Below are positions 47,938 to 60,785 of a stretch of 64,000 nt of DNA, piece after piece (position 1 is the first letter of the stretch; every line of letters begins with the position of its first letter). The DNA lies in NCBI GenBank assembly GCA_010093705.1, contig MU006090.1, positions 62,001 to 126,000 of the forward strand, read 5' to 3'. The stretch comes from Patellaria atrata CBS 101060. Its lineage: Eukaryota. Below the pieces are notes generated by a model. It was not told the origin of the DNA. It searched no databases and saw only the letters and a program-made list of their open reading frames with translations. The position numbers and the translations under genes are program-made.

Positions 47938-48753
47938 TCATGCTGATGTATTCGGCTCTTCAAACTTCACTCCCCGAGTTTGCCCCCGAAATGGGAACTC
48001 CCTCTCTAATATCCACTGATCCCCCGTCACATATCTCCATAGAGTGAGACCTTCTCCTGTGCCTTTGGCACCCTCGAACCTGGCTTTTACTTCTTCAAGT
48101 GACCTCATTACACCATCCCTATTGCGCACCCTGGCCTGGATCGTCCAGTGCGGTGTCTTTAACGCTCGATCTTTCCCACTAATAAACTCCTTCCACGCCC
48201 CTTTTAGCTGCCCGAGCATTTTCTGAACCTGCCGATGCCCCTCGTTTAACCCGATCACAACTGAACGTTTTCCCAACATGAACGGAAACGAAGCAGTTAT
48301 CCGAAAGGGTGACATGTATTGGGTCAAGTCTTCTATCTTGGCAATTATATGGGATAAGCGCGAATGGGGCAGCGTGTGGAATAAGATCAGATGAGCTGGC
48401 ACATGGTTGAACTGCGGCGGGAAGTGCTCCAGACGGAGCTCATCCATCGGTTTCGATAACGACGGGCTTGTAGTCAAGGTAAGAATGTAAACTGCCTCTT
48501 CAGGAAGACCAGTGTTTGGGCTGCTCCACTTTGTTGTCTTCCTCGTTGTCGAGACAACCCTTCGAACATTTACAAGCCCCGAGGGTGCGTCTCTGATATA
48601 AGGAGCCCAGGCTAGTAATTCATCTTCGTGCTGGAGCTGGGTGTATGACTTCTGAATCATATAGAACCGCGACTGATTTATCCTTCTCGTACCGAGTGGG
48701 CAGTTACATATCTGGTAATTCGATAGCTTCCTAGCTATGGTTGATCTGTACAT
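47938..48753 (-). CDS. 2H phosphoesterase / 2'-5' RNA ligase superfamily protein
   Basis: YILTL..MDELRLEHFPPQFNHVPAHLILFHTLP and PHWTIQ give two His motifs. Intronless. The start codon is uncertain. Confidence 0.75.
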   Translation of the reverse strand: MYRSTIARKLSNYQICNCPLGTRRINQSRFYMIQKSYTQLQHEDELLAWAPYIRDAPSGLVNVRRVVSTTRKTTKWSSPNTGLPEEAVYILTLTTSPSLSKPMDELRLEHFPPQFNHVPAHLILFHTLPHSRLSHIIAKIEDLTQYMSPFRITASFPFMLGKRSVVIGLNEGHRQVQKMLGQLKGAWKEFISGKDRALKTPHWTIQARVRNRDGVMRSLEEVKARFEGAKGTGEGLTLWRYVTGDQWILEREFPFRGQTRGVKFEEPNTSA

Positions 48754-50127
48754 ATCGAAGAACTTATTTAGGGGTTAGAGGTTGGAGTTCATTCATGGCG
48801 ATGAATTCGAAGTGCAGGTCCTTAAGGTTCCGCCTTACCTTATTTCATTTAGTGCAGTACGTACCCTTAAGGTAAGAAACAAAGATATGCTCATACCTTA
48901 ACAGGTGGAGCATGTCAATCGATGTCCAGGTACCTTATGTACTGTAGTTGAATCTGATACTGTACGGCCCTCTCAGATACCTCAGTGAGGATGATCTACC
49001 TTAATGATGGATGTATCATCCTCCGTCGTAACTAACAGTTCTGTCGTCCCGTCAAAGTTGGAGGTACCGTATACCTTATTGATTATCAAAACCTTCGATC
49101 TGGGATTCGGTTGCATCACTGGAGGTAAACTGGGAAGAAAGGAGACTTGATTTTTGCAGGATTTCGATATTTCCGCCAACAAAGAGGCAACCGAGATTGG
49201 CGGCTCCTATAAGCCTGTAACCCAGGTACCTAACGGAATACTGTACGGAGTATTCAGTACTAGATTGATATACCCGACATAACTGCTCCAAATGTTGAGT
49301 TACGGATACCTATCCTTTTTTTGTTGGTGCTGTAGGTAGACCTGATTATTATAATATCATTCTGAAGGTGCCGGGTGGCTTTGTGCGGCTCGAACGATGA
49401 GCATGACAGGAAGTGCAGGACCAATGGATAGGAATTCTTACATGTACATGCCGTGCATCCGCCCATGTTTACGGGTTTTGGGTGTTGTAGAGGCGAATCA
49501 CACTCGTCCTCATCCTTTTAACGTTTCAAACAGAACATGTTGCATCTAACTTGCCCGAAGAGAATCAAAAAGAGGTCAAGGCTTCCATTATTGACTTAAT
49601 GACTCCAGTTCTGGTCTTGGTAACCAAGAAGGAAGGCTTGGAGGACATCGATAGGCACGATAAGGAGGGAAAGTACGATCCTGATTTGCCTGTTTTGTCA
49701 ACAGCCGGGATCCAAGCTAAGGTATTCTGCAACTTTTTTAGTTGGAAAGCTATCACGCTTAACACGGCGCGCGTTCACCCTGAGGTTCGCCTCCTCTTCC
49801 ACCACCATCACCACCGTTAAACTCTTCTCCTTCCCACCTCACTGTTTCTTAATCTTCATTCAGTTGAAGAAACAGAGGTCATAGGAAAGAGAATTGGCCG
49901 GAGCTTCCATTCGCTAAGCTTCGCCATTCCGTTCGTTTGCTGCGCTAGAACTACAAGTACAACTTACTTCCTGCAGTACTACATCCCAACTTGTGTCATC
50001 AGCTACTCCACCGCAAGAGTCTAGCTTTTTCAATCATTAATACGCACAACGAAGGAACTCATTGACTTGACACTTTCTTCCCACTTCTCGACACCTTAGA
50101 ACCGACTCTAAAGTCACCAATCAAACC

Positions 50128-51601
50128 ATGCGCTGCTCGTCAGTCTTGGGCGCTTTATGGCTCACATTTACGACAGCTGGAGCCATCCCCACCATCTCCA
50201 CAAAAGGATCCAAGTTCTTTACATCCGAGGGGAACCAATGGTTTGTTCGAGGTCAGTCTGACATGTCTCAATACCACCTTAACTCCTACCCACAGCCGTG
50301 ATGCTAATGGGTTCCGTTATACAGGAGTCGCGTATCAACTCGTGCCCGATGACCCTCTCATTGACAATGATCAGTGCAAGTTAGACGCTGCCCTTATGGA
50401 GGAACTCGGTGCGAACGCAATTCGCGTGTATCATGTGGATCCTAATGCGGACCACGATGATTGCATGTCGACCTTTGCAGATGCTGGAATCTATCTCTTT
50501 CTGGATTTGGATACATTTGACACGCAAATCGAGCAGGTGAGATTGTTCAACGCATTGGAGATCACCTTGTTCAATATCTGATGAAGTTCTTAGAATGACG
50601 CGCACTGGAACCGAACTCAACGTGACGCTTTCGCTAAGGTCATGGATGCGTTCTATGAATACGACAATCTAGCTGGGTTTTTCGTTGGAAATGAAGTGTT
50701 AACACATCGTAAGTCTATCTGGCACGAAATCAATCCGTGGTGGTTTGGTACTAACGCAGTTTCATTCATAGCTAATGGCTCTGTTGCTGCGCCTTTCGTT
50801 AAGGCTGCGGTGCGTGATATGAAAGCGCATCGGGACGAGAAGAATTATCGAAAAATTCCTATTGGATACTCTGCTGCCGATATTTCCACCCTCAGGCCGA
50901 ATCTCCAGAATTACCTGGCCTGCGGATCTGATCGTGACGAAGCTATCGATTTCTTCGCTCTTAACGCTTATGAATGGTGTGGGGAGACTACGTTTGCGGA
51001 ATCTGGCTATGTCTCACTCACCAACGAGATCAAGAATTATCCTGTTCCAATCTTCTTCTCCGAGACAGGTTGCATCGTCCCTCGTCCCCGTACCTTTGAT
51101 GATCAACCAGAGATCTATGGTCCACGTATGAATCAATATTGGTCAGGCTCCATAGTCTACGAGTGGATTGAGGAGGCAAACAACTACGGAATCATCAGTT
51201 ACGGCCCGAAAGTTGATCCAGCTGCGACTGATGCTCCCCCAGATGGCTTTACCCGCTCTGGTACCCCCACACCGGTATCTCCAGATTTCCCCAACCTCAG
51301 CAGTCACTGGGCTACTCCTTTACCCAGTGGTATCCGAGAAAATGAATATTCACCGAACCTCACACCACCTCCATGCCCTCCTAGGACATCTGGCGTGTGG
51401 AATGTTGATGGTAGTGCGGCACTTCCAAGTCTAGGCCAGACATTCAATTCAGCTGCACCGACGGTAACGGACGATTCCACGAGCGACGCCGCACCTTCTG
51501 CGACACCCACCAAGACCGGCGCTGCTAGCCCTGCAAGGGAAGTCAAGGGTGTTGCGGTTGGTCTGGCCGGTGTCTTCCTTGGTGTTGCGTGGTGGTTATA
51601 A
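50128..51601 (+). CDS. GPI-anchored 1,3-beta-glucanosyltransferase, GH72 (Gas/Gel family, no Cys-box)
   Basis: Signal peptide, [57 protein letters not shown] and YEWIEE, ending in a hydrophobic GPI signal. Three introns. Confidence 0.95.
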
Positions 51602-52766
51602 AAAGATTGGGTGCCCGACGACGGTTGTATATTTATCTCGGCGTTTGCCCTTTCCTTCTGTCTGCATCTTTCTCTTCTAACTGTTCATATTTGCCTTACA
51701 CCTTTACGGGACTCTGTTGCAGAATTGGAGCATGTTAGATTGGTGGATGCATATTATGATGAGTAATGCCTAATGGTCCCCTCAAGGGAACGGGGGTTCC
51801 GCGTACACGGAAAGGCGCGGAGTGCTATGGGCGATTTAGTTTAGCAAACACATGTGTATATGAGTGAAGAGGCAAAATTAGGGAGAGTTGTCTTCGATGT
51901 GGCTGTTGAGCGTTTGATAGAGTGAGACGCGCCTTACCTTGCGCAGAGGTTATTCGGGCGCCTGATGCTATGTAGGGAGGAGAAAAGGCAATACGGTAGT
52001 CAGGCGACTAATAGTGATGTCCTAGGTAGGCTTCCAACTAAGCTGGGCTATCGTTTTCAAACCACCATTATAAGATCTAGAAGGATCTCCCGTATGAGTG
52101 GGAATCATCCGTGGATACCGAATCACGGCAAGACCGAAAGCAACGGGAACGATGCCGAAAAGGAAAAAAAAATTATCACGTGATTCATCTGCTGCAATCG
52201 CTGGATCGGGAAAGTAGCCGAAGCTTAGTAAGTAGCACCGCCAAGAGGTGGTTCGAGCTTGTGACAGGGCTACCCCCGGATTCATCGCAGCAACAATGGC
52301 GCGGTGATCTCCAGCCATTCATAGAGCGGACTGTACTTTCCGAACATAACTCCTCTTCTGCTCTTGCTCTTGCCCAGCTTGCCCATCGCGGTTTCCCATT
52401 TCTTAAACCCTTCTGCCCTCGCTCTCCTCCCATCTTTCTTACTCTTCACTCCTCACAACACAACCTCACCCTCTCACCAAGTACTTCCATCCCATCATCC
52501 TTCTCGTCCTCTTCTCATCAATATCATCTCCACCTTCCATCAACCGCTTCTCACTACTCTTTCCCCTCTTTCACCTCACTCAACCTCGTCACCTTACCTC
52601 ACTACTCGTTTGACCCCCCCATATACCTCCTCTTTGATCTTCATCACCCTACCTTTCCACCATCTTGCTGTCGTCGCCATCTATTCTGCCTCCGGATAAT
52701 ATTATTCGTATCTTTTCAATTTTTTTTTTATTAAATCATTGAACTACTAAACAAGCAGTAATCACT

Positions 52767-53729
52767 ATGGGTCTCAACTACCTTGCATCGACACCGGTCC
52801 TGGTCCTCCCTCCCCAAAATCCACCGCCCCATTACTTCGCCGACGGCATGCAGACGTTCAATCAGTCAATGATATCTCAATCGATCCAACGGACGCCTTC
52901 TCCATCATCGCCTGCATACCGCAAGTTCCCAACACCCCCATCCCTCAACTACCAAGTCGCACTGTCCAATTCTGTAGTTGGCCGCAAGCGTTCTCGAGAT
53001 GAAGATGTGATGTCGTCCGAAGATCTTGAAGATGGCTCTTACGTCAGCGCCTTTGCTGCTCCCCCAGAACCGAAAGTAGAACCAATCTACGGCCCCGGCA
53101 TGACCCTTATCTACCCGGGTGACAGAATAGGCTGGAGCGTCTCAGCTGAATCTCAATCTGGGACGTGGATCGAAGAGAAGCAAAACGAGGAAGATGCAGC
53201 GACGCAGAGGCCAATCGCAATCTCGCGCAAGTCACAACGGGTTGTTGGCGGTGTTCGGCGCGATTCAGTTTGCTCTCGTCGGCCCTCCTCCGAGTCTAGT
53301 GAGATCATGACACCTACTACTGCGCCAGCGGTCGTTCGCGATGTTACCCTCGATCAGGCTACAATGATATTGGGTATCGGCTGGAAGACTCTTAGTGACA
53401 GCCCTGCGAAGCGTGGTTGGGAGAAGTTCATCGAGAATCACTACTCTCTCAGTTCCGTCAATGTACTTCTCGAAAAGGAATCACTGTCTGTCTATGTGGT
53501 TCGCGCCACCGATCTTGATGATTTGCAGGAGAAGTACTTCCTCTTCCAAGAGAATCTTCAATCTTATCGTCTAATCGCCGTCAACATTGAACAAGCTATC
53601 GCTAGCCTTGCGCAACTACCCAACGCTCAGCTCGGACCCGAGGTTCACGCTAAAGATCGTTCTCAGTCACCAGTCATCGCGACCACTTCGTCTTCCGCTA
53701 TCGTCGATGAAGTCGAGATGGAACTATGA
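52767..53729 (+). CDS. Conserved fungal protein of unknown function (320 aa)
   Basis: Intronless ORF with RKRSR, EPIYGPGMTLIYP, AESQSGTW, LGIGW and GWEKFIENHY. Preceded by a long pyrimidine-rich leader. Confidence 0.85.
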   Translation: MGLNYLASTPVLVLPPQNPPPHYFADGMQTFNQSMISQSIQRTPSPSSPAYRKFPTPPSLNYQVALSNSVVGRKRSRDEDVMSSEDLEDGSYVSAFAAPPEPKVEPIYGPGMTLIYPGDRIGWSVSAESQSGTWIEEKQNEEDAATQRPIAISRKSQRVVGGVRRDSVCSRRPSSESSEIMTPTTAPAVVRDVTLDQATMILGIGWKTLSDSPAKRGWEKFIENHYSLSSVNVLLEKESLSVYVVRATDLDDLQEKYFLFQENLQSYRLIAVNIEQAIASLAQLPNAQLGPEVHAKDRSQSPVIATTSSSAIVDEVEMEL

Positions 53730-54372
53730 ACCTTTCCCTAACCTTTTCCGCACTCACGTCCTGTCAGCAAACTTCTCCGCCAATACAAAGATCTCATATC
53801 ACGTATCAACATCTATCTATCTATCTTGGTCTCGGTCTAGACGCTCTCTCTCCAAAATCTTCGCCCGATATTTCAGCTTTTAATCTCGGCGTTCGCTTAC
53901 TGGCTAGCTACAGGGTTTACACAGTTTCGGTTTCGGTTTTAAGTCTTTCCATTTCGGATGTATTCTGAACCTTTCATGCAGCAATGCGGAGTTCCCAGTC
54001 TCCGCACCGTGCGCGCACGTATTCGATGCTGCGAATATCTTTCTACCAAAATAAAGATAACATATTACGAATAGCAGATAGCAAAAATCAAATAAAAATT
54101 TCAAAGAAGCGTTATTCGTGCTTATTTAAGTGACCGTTAGATGTACTTCCCACTAAGAACAAGAACAGAGTGTATGCTGCAGATCATAAAGTCTGCTATC
54201 TACCGTAGAGCCCAAATCTGCGAGAACAAACGTGAAAATATCATCGTCAAACGGCAACGCTTGCGTATGAACGCCGCCCAAAACGATCACCCACAAACGC
54301 CCCACAACACCTGGACATGCCCCGAAACAATCTCCCGATCCAGAAACAAGGTTCTCTCTTCTTCCGCTGCCC

Positions 54373-56107
54373 TCAATACACACTCCCCCGCACACTCTTC
54401 TCTTCCTCGATTGCCTTCTTCATCTCCCCCTCCCTCTCCTCTCCACTACTCTCCCTTCCATCCCCTAAAGTATCCGCGCGTGCCCCAACTCCCATCCCGC
54501 TCTCCTTCTCCCAGTCCATCGTCAGGCGCCTCTTCGCCTCGCCCGTGCGCGACCGGCTCCGCGCCCTCCTCCCCACTCCATTCGCGGTACGATGAGCTGG
54601 GTGAGACTGGTCCTGCGAAGGGTGCGGGACGTAGTGTTTTTGTGCCGGGTCGCGGGAGAGGAAACCGTAGTCCGAGTCATCGGAGAAGCCTTCGCCCTCA
54701 GTGGGGCCGGAGCCGGGATGGAGGATGCGGTGGTGGTAGTGGGGAGGTTTGAGCAGGCTGGACCGCTGGGGTTGGTGATGGGCGTGATGGGCGTGGTGGT
54801 GGCTGTTGTTTTGGGAATCGAGGTCGGAGGCGCTAGAGGCGGAGGCATCGCCGTCTTCTTCTTCCACAGCTGTGGATGTCGTTGAAAACGGGTTCAAGAG
54901 CTCCGGTGATGGCTGCGCGTCTTCTGGAATATCCTTGGGGAGTTTGGTTGAGGAGCCAAGGCCAGATTTTCCGCGATTGAGGCTGGATGCCCGCCGCGTG
55001 GGTGTGCTCTTCTCCGCTTTGACTTTCTCAGTCTGCTGAGCCGCGATCGGATGGTCGTCCATTTCGTTGCTCGCCCCGTTCAATGCGGGAGGGGGTAGTG
55101 CTGCAGTTTGGAAATCGCCCGTATTCTGGCGGCGGGTGCGGCGCGGGAACGCGATCGTTTCATGGTTGCAACCGGCCGGGCATCCACCCCAACGGCGCAT
55201 GGGGATGGTGGGTGAGCCGGGGTTCTTGGGCATGTTGGAGGGCGTTTTGGAGGATGGGTTGGTCATGATGGTGCCGACTTGGATCGCTGCTGCGCGTTTA
55301 CGGAGATCGGACCAAGTGCGTAATTGGTTTTCGAGGACGTACTTTTTAGATTCAGGGTTTTGCTTCATGATGATGAATTCGCAGTGGTTGACGTTGCGGA
55401 GGTCTTCGAAATATTCAACTGACCAGTGGTACCATTTCATGAGGAACACTCTGGTCATAAGCCCATGTGTGACAAGCACACAGACGCTTGGAAAGTCTTC
55501 TTCTCCGAAACTTCGCCATAAGCTTTCGTTGAAGCCGCTGACTCTGTCATATGCATCTGCTGCAGACTCGCCATTTGGGATCCTATAGAAGAAATGACCA
55601 TAATCAGCGCGCTCCTGCCACATCCTCTCCATCTCCGCCGAGCATGGCTGGAAATTTCCAAAATCCTGCTCTCGTAGGCGGGGCTCCTCGTAGACCTTGA
55701 TCTTATGTTTTTGGAAGGGTGATGGCGTTGGGTCGTCAGCGGTGAGCGTTTTCAGGATTCCCTCTGTCGTTTCCCTGGTTCGACGGTATGGGGAGGTAAA
55801 GAACTGTATGGTATCATCTGGTCTTAGCATCGACCGCAGACGACGGCCTGCTTCCTCTGCCTGTGAGAAACATATTAGTTTCATGATAGTGGGCTGAACG
55901 AAGGGCCTTGAGCACTCACCTGTTGCCGTCCGTCAGGTGTGAGTTTGACTCTATGATCTGGAATGTACTGGTGAATATCCCGATTCTTGTTTCCTTCAGA
56001 TTGAGCATGCCGGACGAGGATTATCATCTACATATGTTGAGTCAGCTTAGATATCAGGGATCGAAGGGAGGTGGGAAAGGGGTACGGCATACCCTTGGTT
56101 TGCCCAT
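54373..56107 (-). CDS. DET1: Histidine phosphatase / phosphoglycerate mutase family protein (Det1-like)
   Basis: Spliced MGKPRMIILVRHAQSEGN..IPDHRVKLT, then TSPYRRTRET, EPRLREQDFGNFQ, GESAADAYDR and LVTHGL. Long disordered tail. Confidence 0.9.
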
Positions 56108-56760
56108 TTTGGCGGTGCTATAATGCAGCGCCCTCGAGAATACGTTTGAAATGATGGGCTTATGATTCGTTATACAGTGAAGTGCCTTGTGTGTCTTATC
56201 TATGTCCCAAATGTCAGAGGATTCCAACGTGGAGGGGTCAAGTCTTTATGTGTGTTTCATCACTGCACTGTCGCATCTACTTTCCAGCCGAAAGAAACAT
56301 TTTGGAAACAGAAACACCGAGCCCTACATTGCACCATCCATCTTACCGCCAAAGGATTTCCAAATCCACTTCTTACATCCACACAGTATCCCCATAATCT
56401 CATAATCCAGACAACGCGACACTGCATTCGCGCCTGATTTACATGCAAAGCAAGCTCCCCTTCGCCCGCCCGCACTCGCGCGTCCTGCACCACTGACGTA
56501 CGCAACGACCGCAACCCTCACCTCCGCCTCACCTCCGCAACACTCGTTCATCTATACGCACTGCAACGAGGGAACTAGATACTGCTTTTAGCCTGTTCCT
56601 GACAGAAACAATCCATCCTTGTACTACCTCACGGGAGCTAGATCTCTTCCAACCTCCCGGGACACGTCCAGCACCGTTTCCAACCATCTTGGGCCTCAGA
56701 TCACGAAGTTACACGGTTTACTGGGACTCAAAGGGACCGCCCAGCTATAAACCGCCCGCA

Positions 56761-57384
56761 ATGTCCGAACCGATTCCTGAATCCATCCCCACGAGCGCCT
56801 CCTCCCGCCCTCCTCGCAAAAAGCCACGCGTCGAATCCGACCCCATATCCACACAAGCTCGCTCCCTCACCGCGCTCTTCGCGGATCCCACCAGGCCTAT
56901 AACTCTTCCCTCCGCTCCGCAAGCTAAGACTCTGGCTCCACCGCCGGAGCTTGTAGCCAATGTTCAAGGATCCTCTGCAGGCGCTGGTAGTGGTGAATTC
57001 CATGTGTACAAAGCGTCGCGGCGGCGTGAATACGAGCGGTTAAGACTGATGGACGAGGAGGCGCGGAAAGAGAAAGAGGAAAAGGAATTTGAGGAGACAA
57101 GGGAGAAGAAAAAAAGGGAGGATGAGGAGAAGACAAGGAGGAATAGAGAAAAGAGAAGCAAGAGGAAGAAGGGAAAGAAGGGTGGAAAAGAAAATAGTGA
57201 ACCGGAAGGGACTAAGGAAGGGGAGGACGGGCGAGGGAAGGTTAAAAGGTTAGGTCCGGGCCCAGCGTTTGTGGTACGGGGGAAAGAAGATGAGGAGCTA
57301 GATAGGGAGGAGCGAGAAGGGATGGAGGGCGGGGAGGTCAGAGATCCGGAAGAGGGCGGGATCATTATTAAGGAGGATGAGTGA
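56761..57384 (+). CDS. PRKRIP1: PRKR-interacting protein 1 homolog (DUF1168), spliceosome-associated
   Basis: PPPELVANVQGSSAGAGSGEFHVYKASRRREYERL followed by a K/E-rich coil. Confidence 0.9.
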   Translation: MSEPIPESIPTSASSRPPRKKPRVESDPISTQARSLTALFADPTRPITLPSAPQAKTLAPPPELVANVQGSSAGAGSGEFHVYKASRRREYERLRLMDEEARKEKEEKEFEETREKKKREDEEKTRRNREKRSKRKKGKKGGKENSEPEGTKEGEDGRGKVKRLGPGPAFVVRGKEDEELDREEREGMEGGEVRDPEEGGIIIKEDE

Positions 57385-57539
57385 AGGCTAAAGTGATGCG
57401 TAGAATGTAAGCACGGATAGGAGTAAAGGAACCGGCATCCAGGAGTTTGATCATGATACCTTTTCGGCATGTTTATTTCTGACCCTCGACTTGCTTAGGC
57501 ATTCCGCTCTATCCGGATAGTGAGAAGGGAGGGGTCTAA

Positions 57540-57790
57540 ATTTGTTGTAAGGATACTACTATGGAGTTAAATACGTTTACGGTAGAAATATTGTTATAAT
57601 TGTAAGTTTAGGCTAGTTCCTAATTCAATAGTAGCTCTACTTTAGAAATTCTAGTACCTTATACTTTATCATAGAGTTTAACACGCTTCCTAAGGAGACC
57701 TAATAGAATAGTTAGTAAGTTATCAACGAATTCAGCAATAAGTCTATCGAGATATTTTTATAATAGTTTTCTCTATTATCCTTATCTTTG
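57540..57790. other. AT-rich, TpA-rich patch, possibly a RIP-mutated repeat relic
   Basis: Low GC with abundant TA/TAG/CTA by eye, and no ORF. Confidence 0.35.
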
Positions 57791-58591
57791 CCTGACGTCA
57801 AATCAATATATGGAGCGCCATCATCGCTTTACACTCTCATCCCGCACTCCAGTTTACCGGTAATTCGCGAGGAAGTGGCCTTGTTCAGAAGGACGACTCG
57901 AATAGTCTTGAGACTAGAACTCACGGAAGAACTTTACGAGTATCTCGTTATCCTCCTCTTATTGCGAAGATAACTAAAGTGTACCATTTCCGTACGATGT
58001 CCTCCAACGACGACTGGATATAAGAATTCTCGCTCTTCCCAACGACGGTTCTGTAGATTAGACAACGTGACTGCAAAAGATTATCGGATTCTTGATTGAC
58101 TCAAGGGGAAAAGGAAAAAGGAAAAAAAAAAAAAAATAGCCAGAAGCCGTATAGTGCACACAAAATGAAAAGATCTCGTCATCTAGAGCGGCTCAGATGA
58201 AACTTTGCGAGTTTTCCCGAGTCCTCAAGATCGAATTCAAAGACAAAAACGTTTACTTTAGCGCACGCCAATAAATTAAGAAAGTCGGCGAGTTTTGCGA
58301 GATAATATCATATAGGAAAGTAGTGGTGAATAAGGAGCCATGAGACTCCGTATTAAGCTCTGTTATCTGTCATTTCTACTTAGAGGTAATAATCAGCCTA
58401 TGTCTTAACATAGACAACAAATATAAGGATCGCAGTCTATATAGGCTTACACTGATCCGTTCGTGGCGCTATTCAACAGTCTATCCAAATACTTCTCCAG
58501 AGGACCGAAAGGAGCTCCTGAATCCAATTTAAGAAGGCCTTGATCCAATTGGCTTCCACAGAGGATCCCTTCCAGGTGCATCGTGTGGCTC

Positions 58592-59594
58592 TTAAGCCTC
58601 TCCACCAGAGCCCAGTCCCCTTTCTAGCATCTGATGTTGTCGTCTCGTGTACGCGTCCTACTATACCCATCAGCATGAACATTTCCTACCTAGTCCACAA
58701 AATGTTTTGACTCACCTCGTCTAAAAGCGTTGCAAGCCTCCCGTTCTCCTCCACCACCCTCTTAATCTCCTCCATACATTGCCCCTCCAGTCGAACCACT
58801 GCGCCCTTCGGCAACCACCGCAGTATATGAAACGCATTCGCATAAACGTTATGTCCCGTAGGGTAAGCGGAGGCCCGATCTTCGGGAATGATGGAGGGTA
58901 GCCGCAGTGTCAACGTCTTGAGGTTCCAACAGTACCGTAGCCCGTCCCGAACGAGGTCAGAGAACGCTTCTAGGATGTCATGATGGGTGGGGATTGTTAT
59001 CTCGACATGCTTGATCAAGCTTCGAGAGCGCTGGTGCAGGGAAGCGAGCGTCGCAGTCGCGGAATCTAAGTGCAGGATGAAGGTGTTGTTGCCGTATAGC
59101 ACGGGATGCGCTTCGTGGCGGATTTGTTTGCTCACGCGGAGGAGCTGGCCATCCAGACGGTCTGCGTATGGTGGTTTAAGTAACATGGGGCATATATCGG
59201 TGGGCCTGAGGCCTAGCACATCGAAATAGGTGTTGCGCCCGAGGCTTGATTCACGGGGGTGGAACGAGCTGTCGACGCTTGTACTTGATCGAGAGGCGGG
59301 CATGAGATCAGGGTTGCAAAGTACAACGGGATAGAGGCGGGTGAGCGTCAGGTGGTAGATCTGGATGCGGAGCTCAGCTGGGAGGTCCATAAAGCGGAAG
59401 GGTTGAATATTTGGTTCGTCCATTGCGGGTTGTTTAATTGGAGTGGCCCGTTTATCGTTCCGACTATCTTTACGTGAGGATTTCTTGTAACCAAAGCTTT
59501 CCAAACTACGGAGAGGGTCAAAACGCTGCACTCCCGAGGTGATTCTGATTCTGAGAGGTCCAGGGCCTGAGGTTGTCTGAGTTGGTTTCGTCAT
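58592..59594 (-). CDS. F-box-like motif fungal protein of unknown function
   Basis: PFRFMDLPAELRIQIY..LLRVSKQIRHEAHPVLYGNNTF. A GTGAGT intron then gives the terminal exon DAYTRRQHQM...GEA*. Confidence 0.85.
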
Positions 59595-59818
59595 TGCGTA
59601 GCGGAGTGAATGCTTAAAAGTAGGAATTTCTGAAGGGACCTAGATTGAATTAGGTTTCGAGGGTGATATGCGCCCGTCTAAACCTAGAGTATGAGAGGCT
59701 GTAGTGAGTGACTGAGCGTGAAAATGAGTAAGACTATCCTGGAGGCAAATACGTGCTTACAGTATTTGTTGAGGTTAAAGATGATGTTATGAGTGAATAC
59801 CATGAATTTTGGGTGTGG

Positions 59819-59932
59819 TACCGTATCTGATTGTCCGCGAGTCATGCACTACGGCACAGTAGATAAACTTGATATCTACTGTATGTCTTCACAGTGCAGT
59901 AATAACTTCTGGGGATCAGTACAGAGACGGTA
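59819..59932. mobile_element. Degenerate 110-bp TA-flanked foldback (CCG...CGG), related to the 14174 element
   Basis: TA-ccgtatctgattgtccgcgag ... cagtacagagacgg-TA, with inner arms tgcact/agtgca and acagtagata/tatctactgt. Confidence 0.6.
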
Positions 59933-59951
59933 CAATTGAAAATATCACTAG

Positions 59952-60711
59952 ATGTGGGCAACTACTCAAGCTCATGTACTACATACAAAACGTCCCACCC
60001 GGACTACCACATTGTTCACGGTTTCGACGCGTCCACCTCTTCAAAATTTTCCGCAAAGACTCCTGTCATATATCATCGTTCTCGCCCGTATTGTTATATG
60101 CGGATCCATCCTTCTGGTTTTCTTGTCACTTTCTCACCTCGTACATCCCTCTTCAGCTCTCATTCATGAATCTGGTATTGGAAGTTGGCTCTTAGGAAGC
60201 ACCGCCGGCCATGCAGCTGGCTGGGTTGCCGTAAGAGCCAATTCTAAATGGATCGTATTGGGTGGAGTTTTAGGGCTATGGGCCGTGTTTAGGAGGGGAT
60301 ACACAGGTATGAATAGCGTATAGAGTTGCTGTTGACTCTTGGGTATATATATTAAGTGTATAGCAGAGGAATCGCTTCTGGTCCTTCGCGGCTTAGGTAT
60401 ACAAACGTCAAGCTCTTCGCCCACATATCTTGCTTCTTCTGAGACGAGATTCATTCCGACGACATCAATACAGGACATTTTCATTCACGAGGCTTTCAGG
60501 GGATTTGAAGTACGATTCTATCTAGCAATTGTGGTTGAGGGTGAGGAAGATGTCGTAGTCGTGTTCCCCGTCAGTCTTCCTTTCACAAAACCACGTCTCT
60601 CACGCATTCCCTCTAATCTGCTTACAGAAACTTCTCCCCAGGCGTGAAATCCTTGAAGAGGTGTGGAGAGGCGCTAAAGCTTGTCTTTATGAACCTAAGA
60701 CCAAGACTTAA
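59952..60711 (+). CDS. GPI15: GPI-GlcNAc transferase complex subunit PIG-H
   Basis: Two TM helices, then EESLLVLRGLGIQT..RFIPTTSIQDIFIHEAFRGFEVRFYLAIVVEGE..VVVFP|KLLPRREILEEVWRG. Two introns. Confidence 0.93.
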
Positions 60712-60785
60712 ACTGGAATTCCAGAATTGTTGGATTTTTAATGTACTGTACTGTACTGGACTGTACTGTGCATAGTGCACACTCC

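Noticed and set aside
51788..51825. Small GC-rich hairpins in the GH72 3' region
   Set aside because: The stems are only about 6 bp, with no other support.
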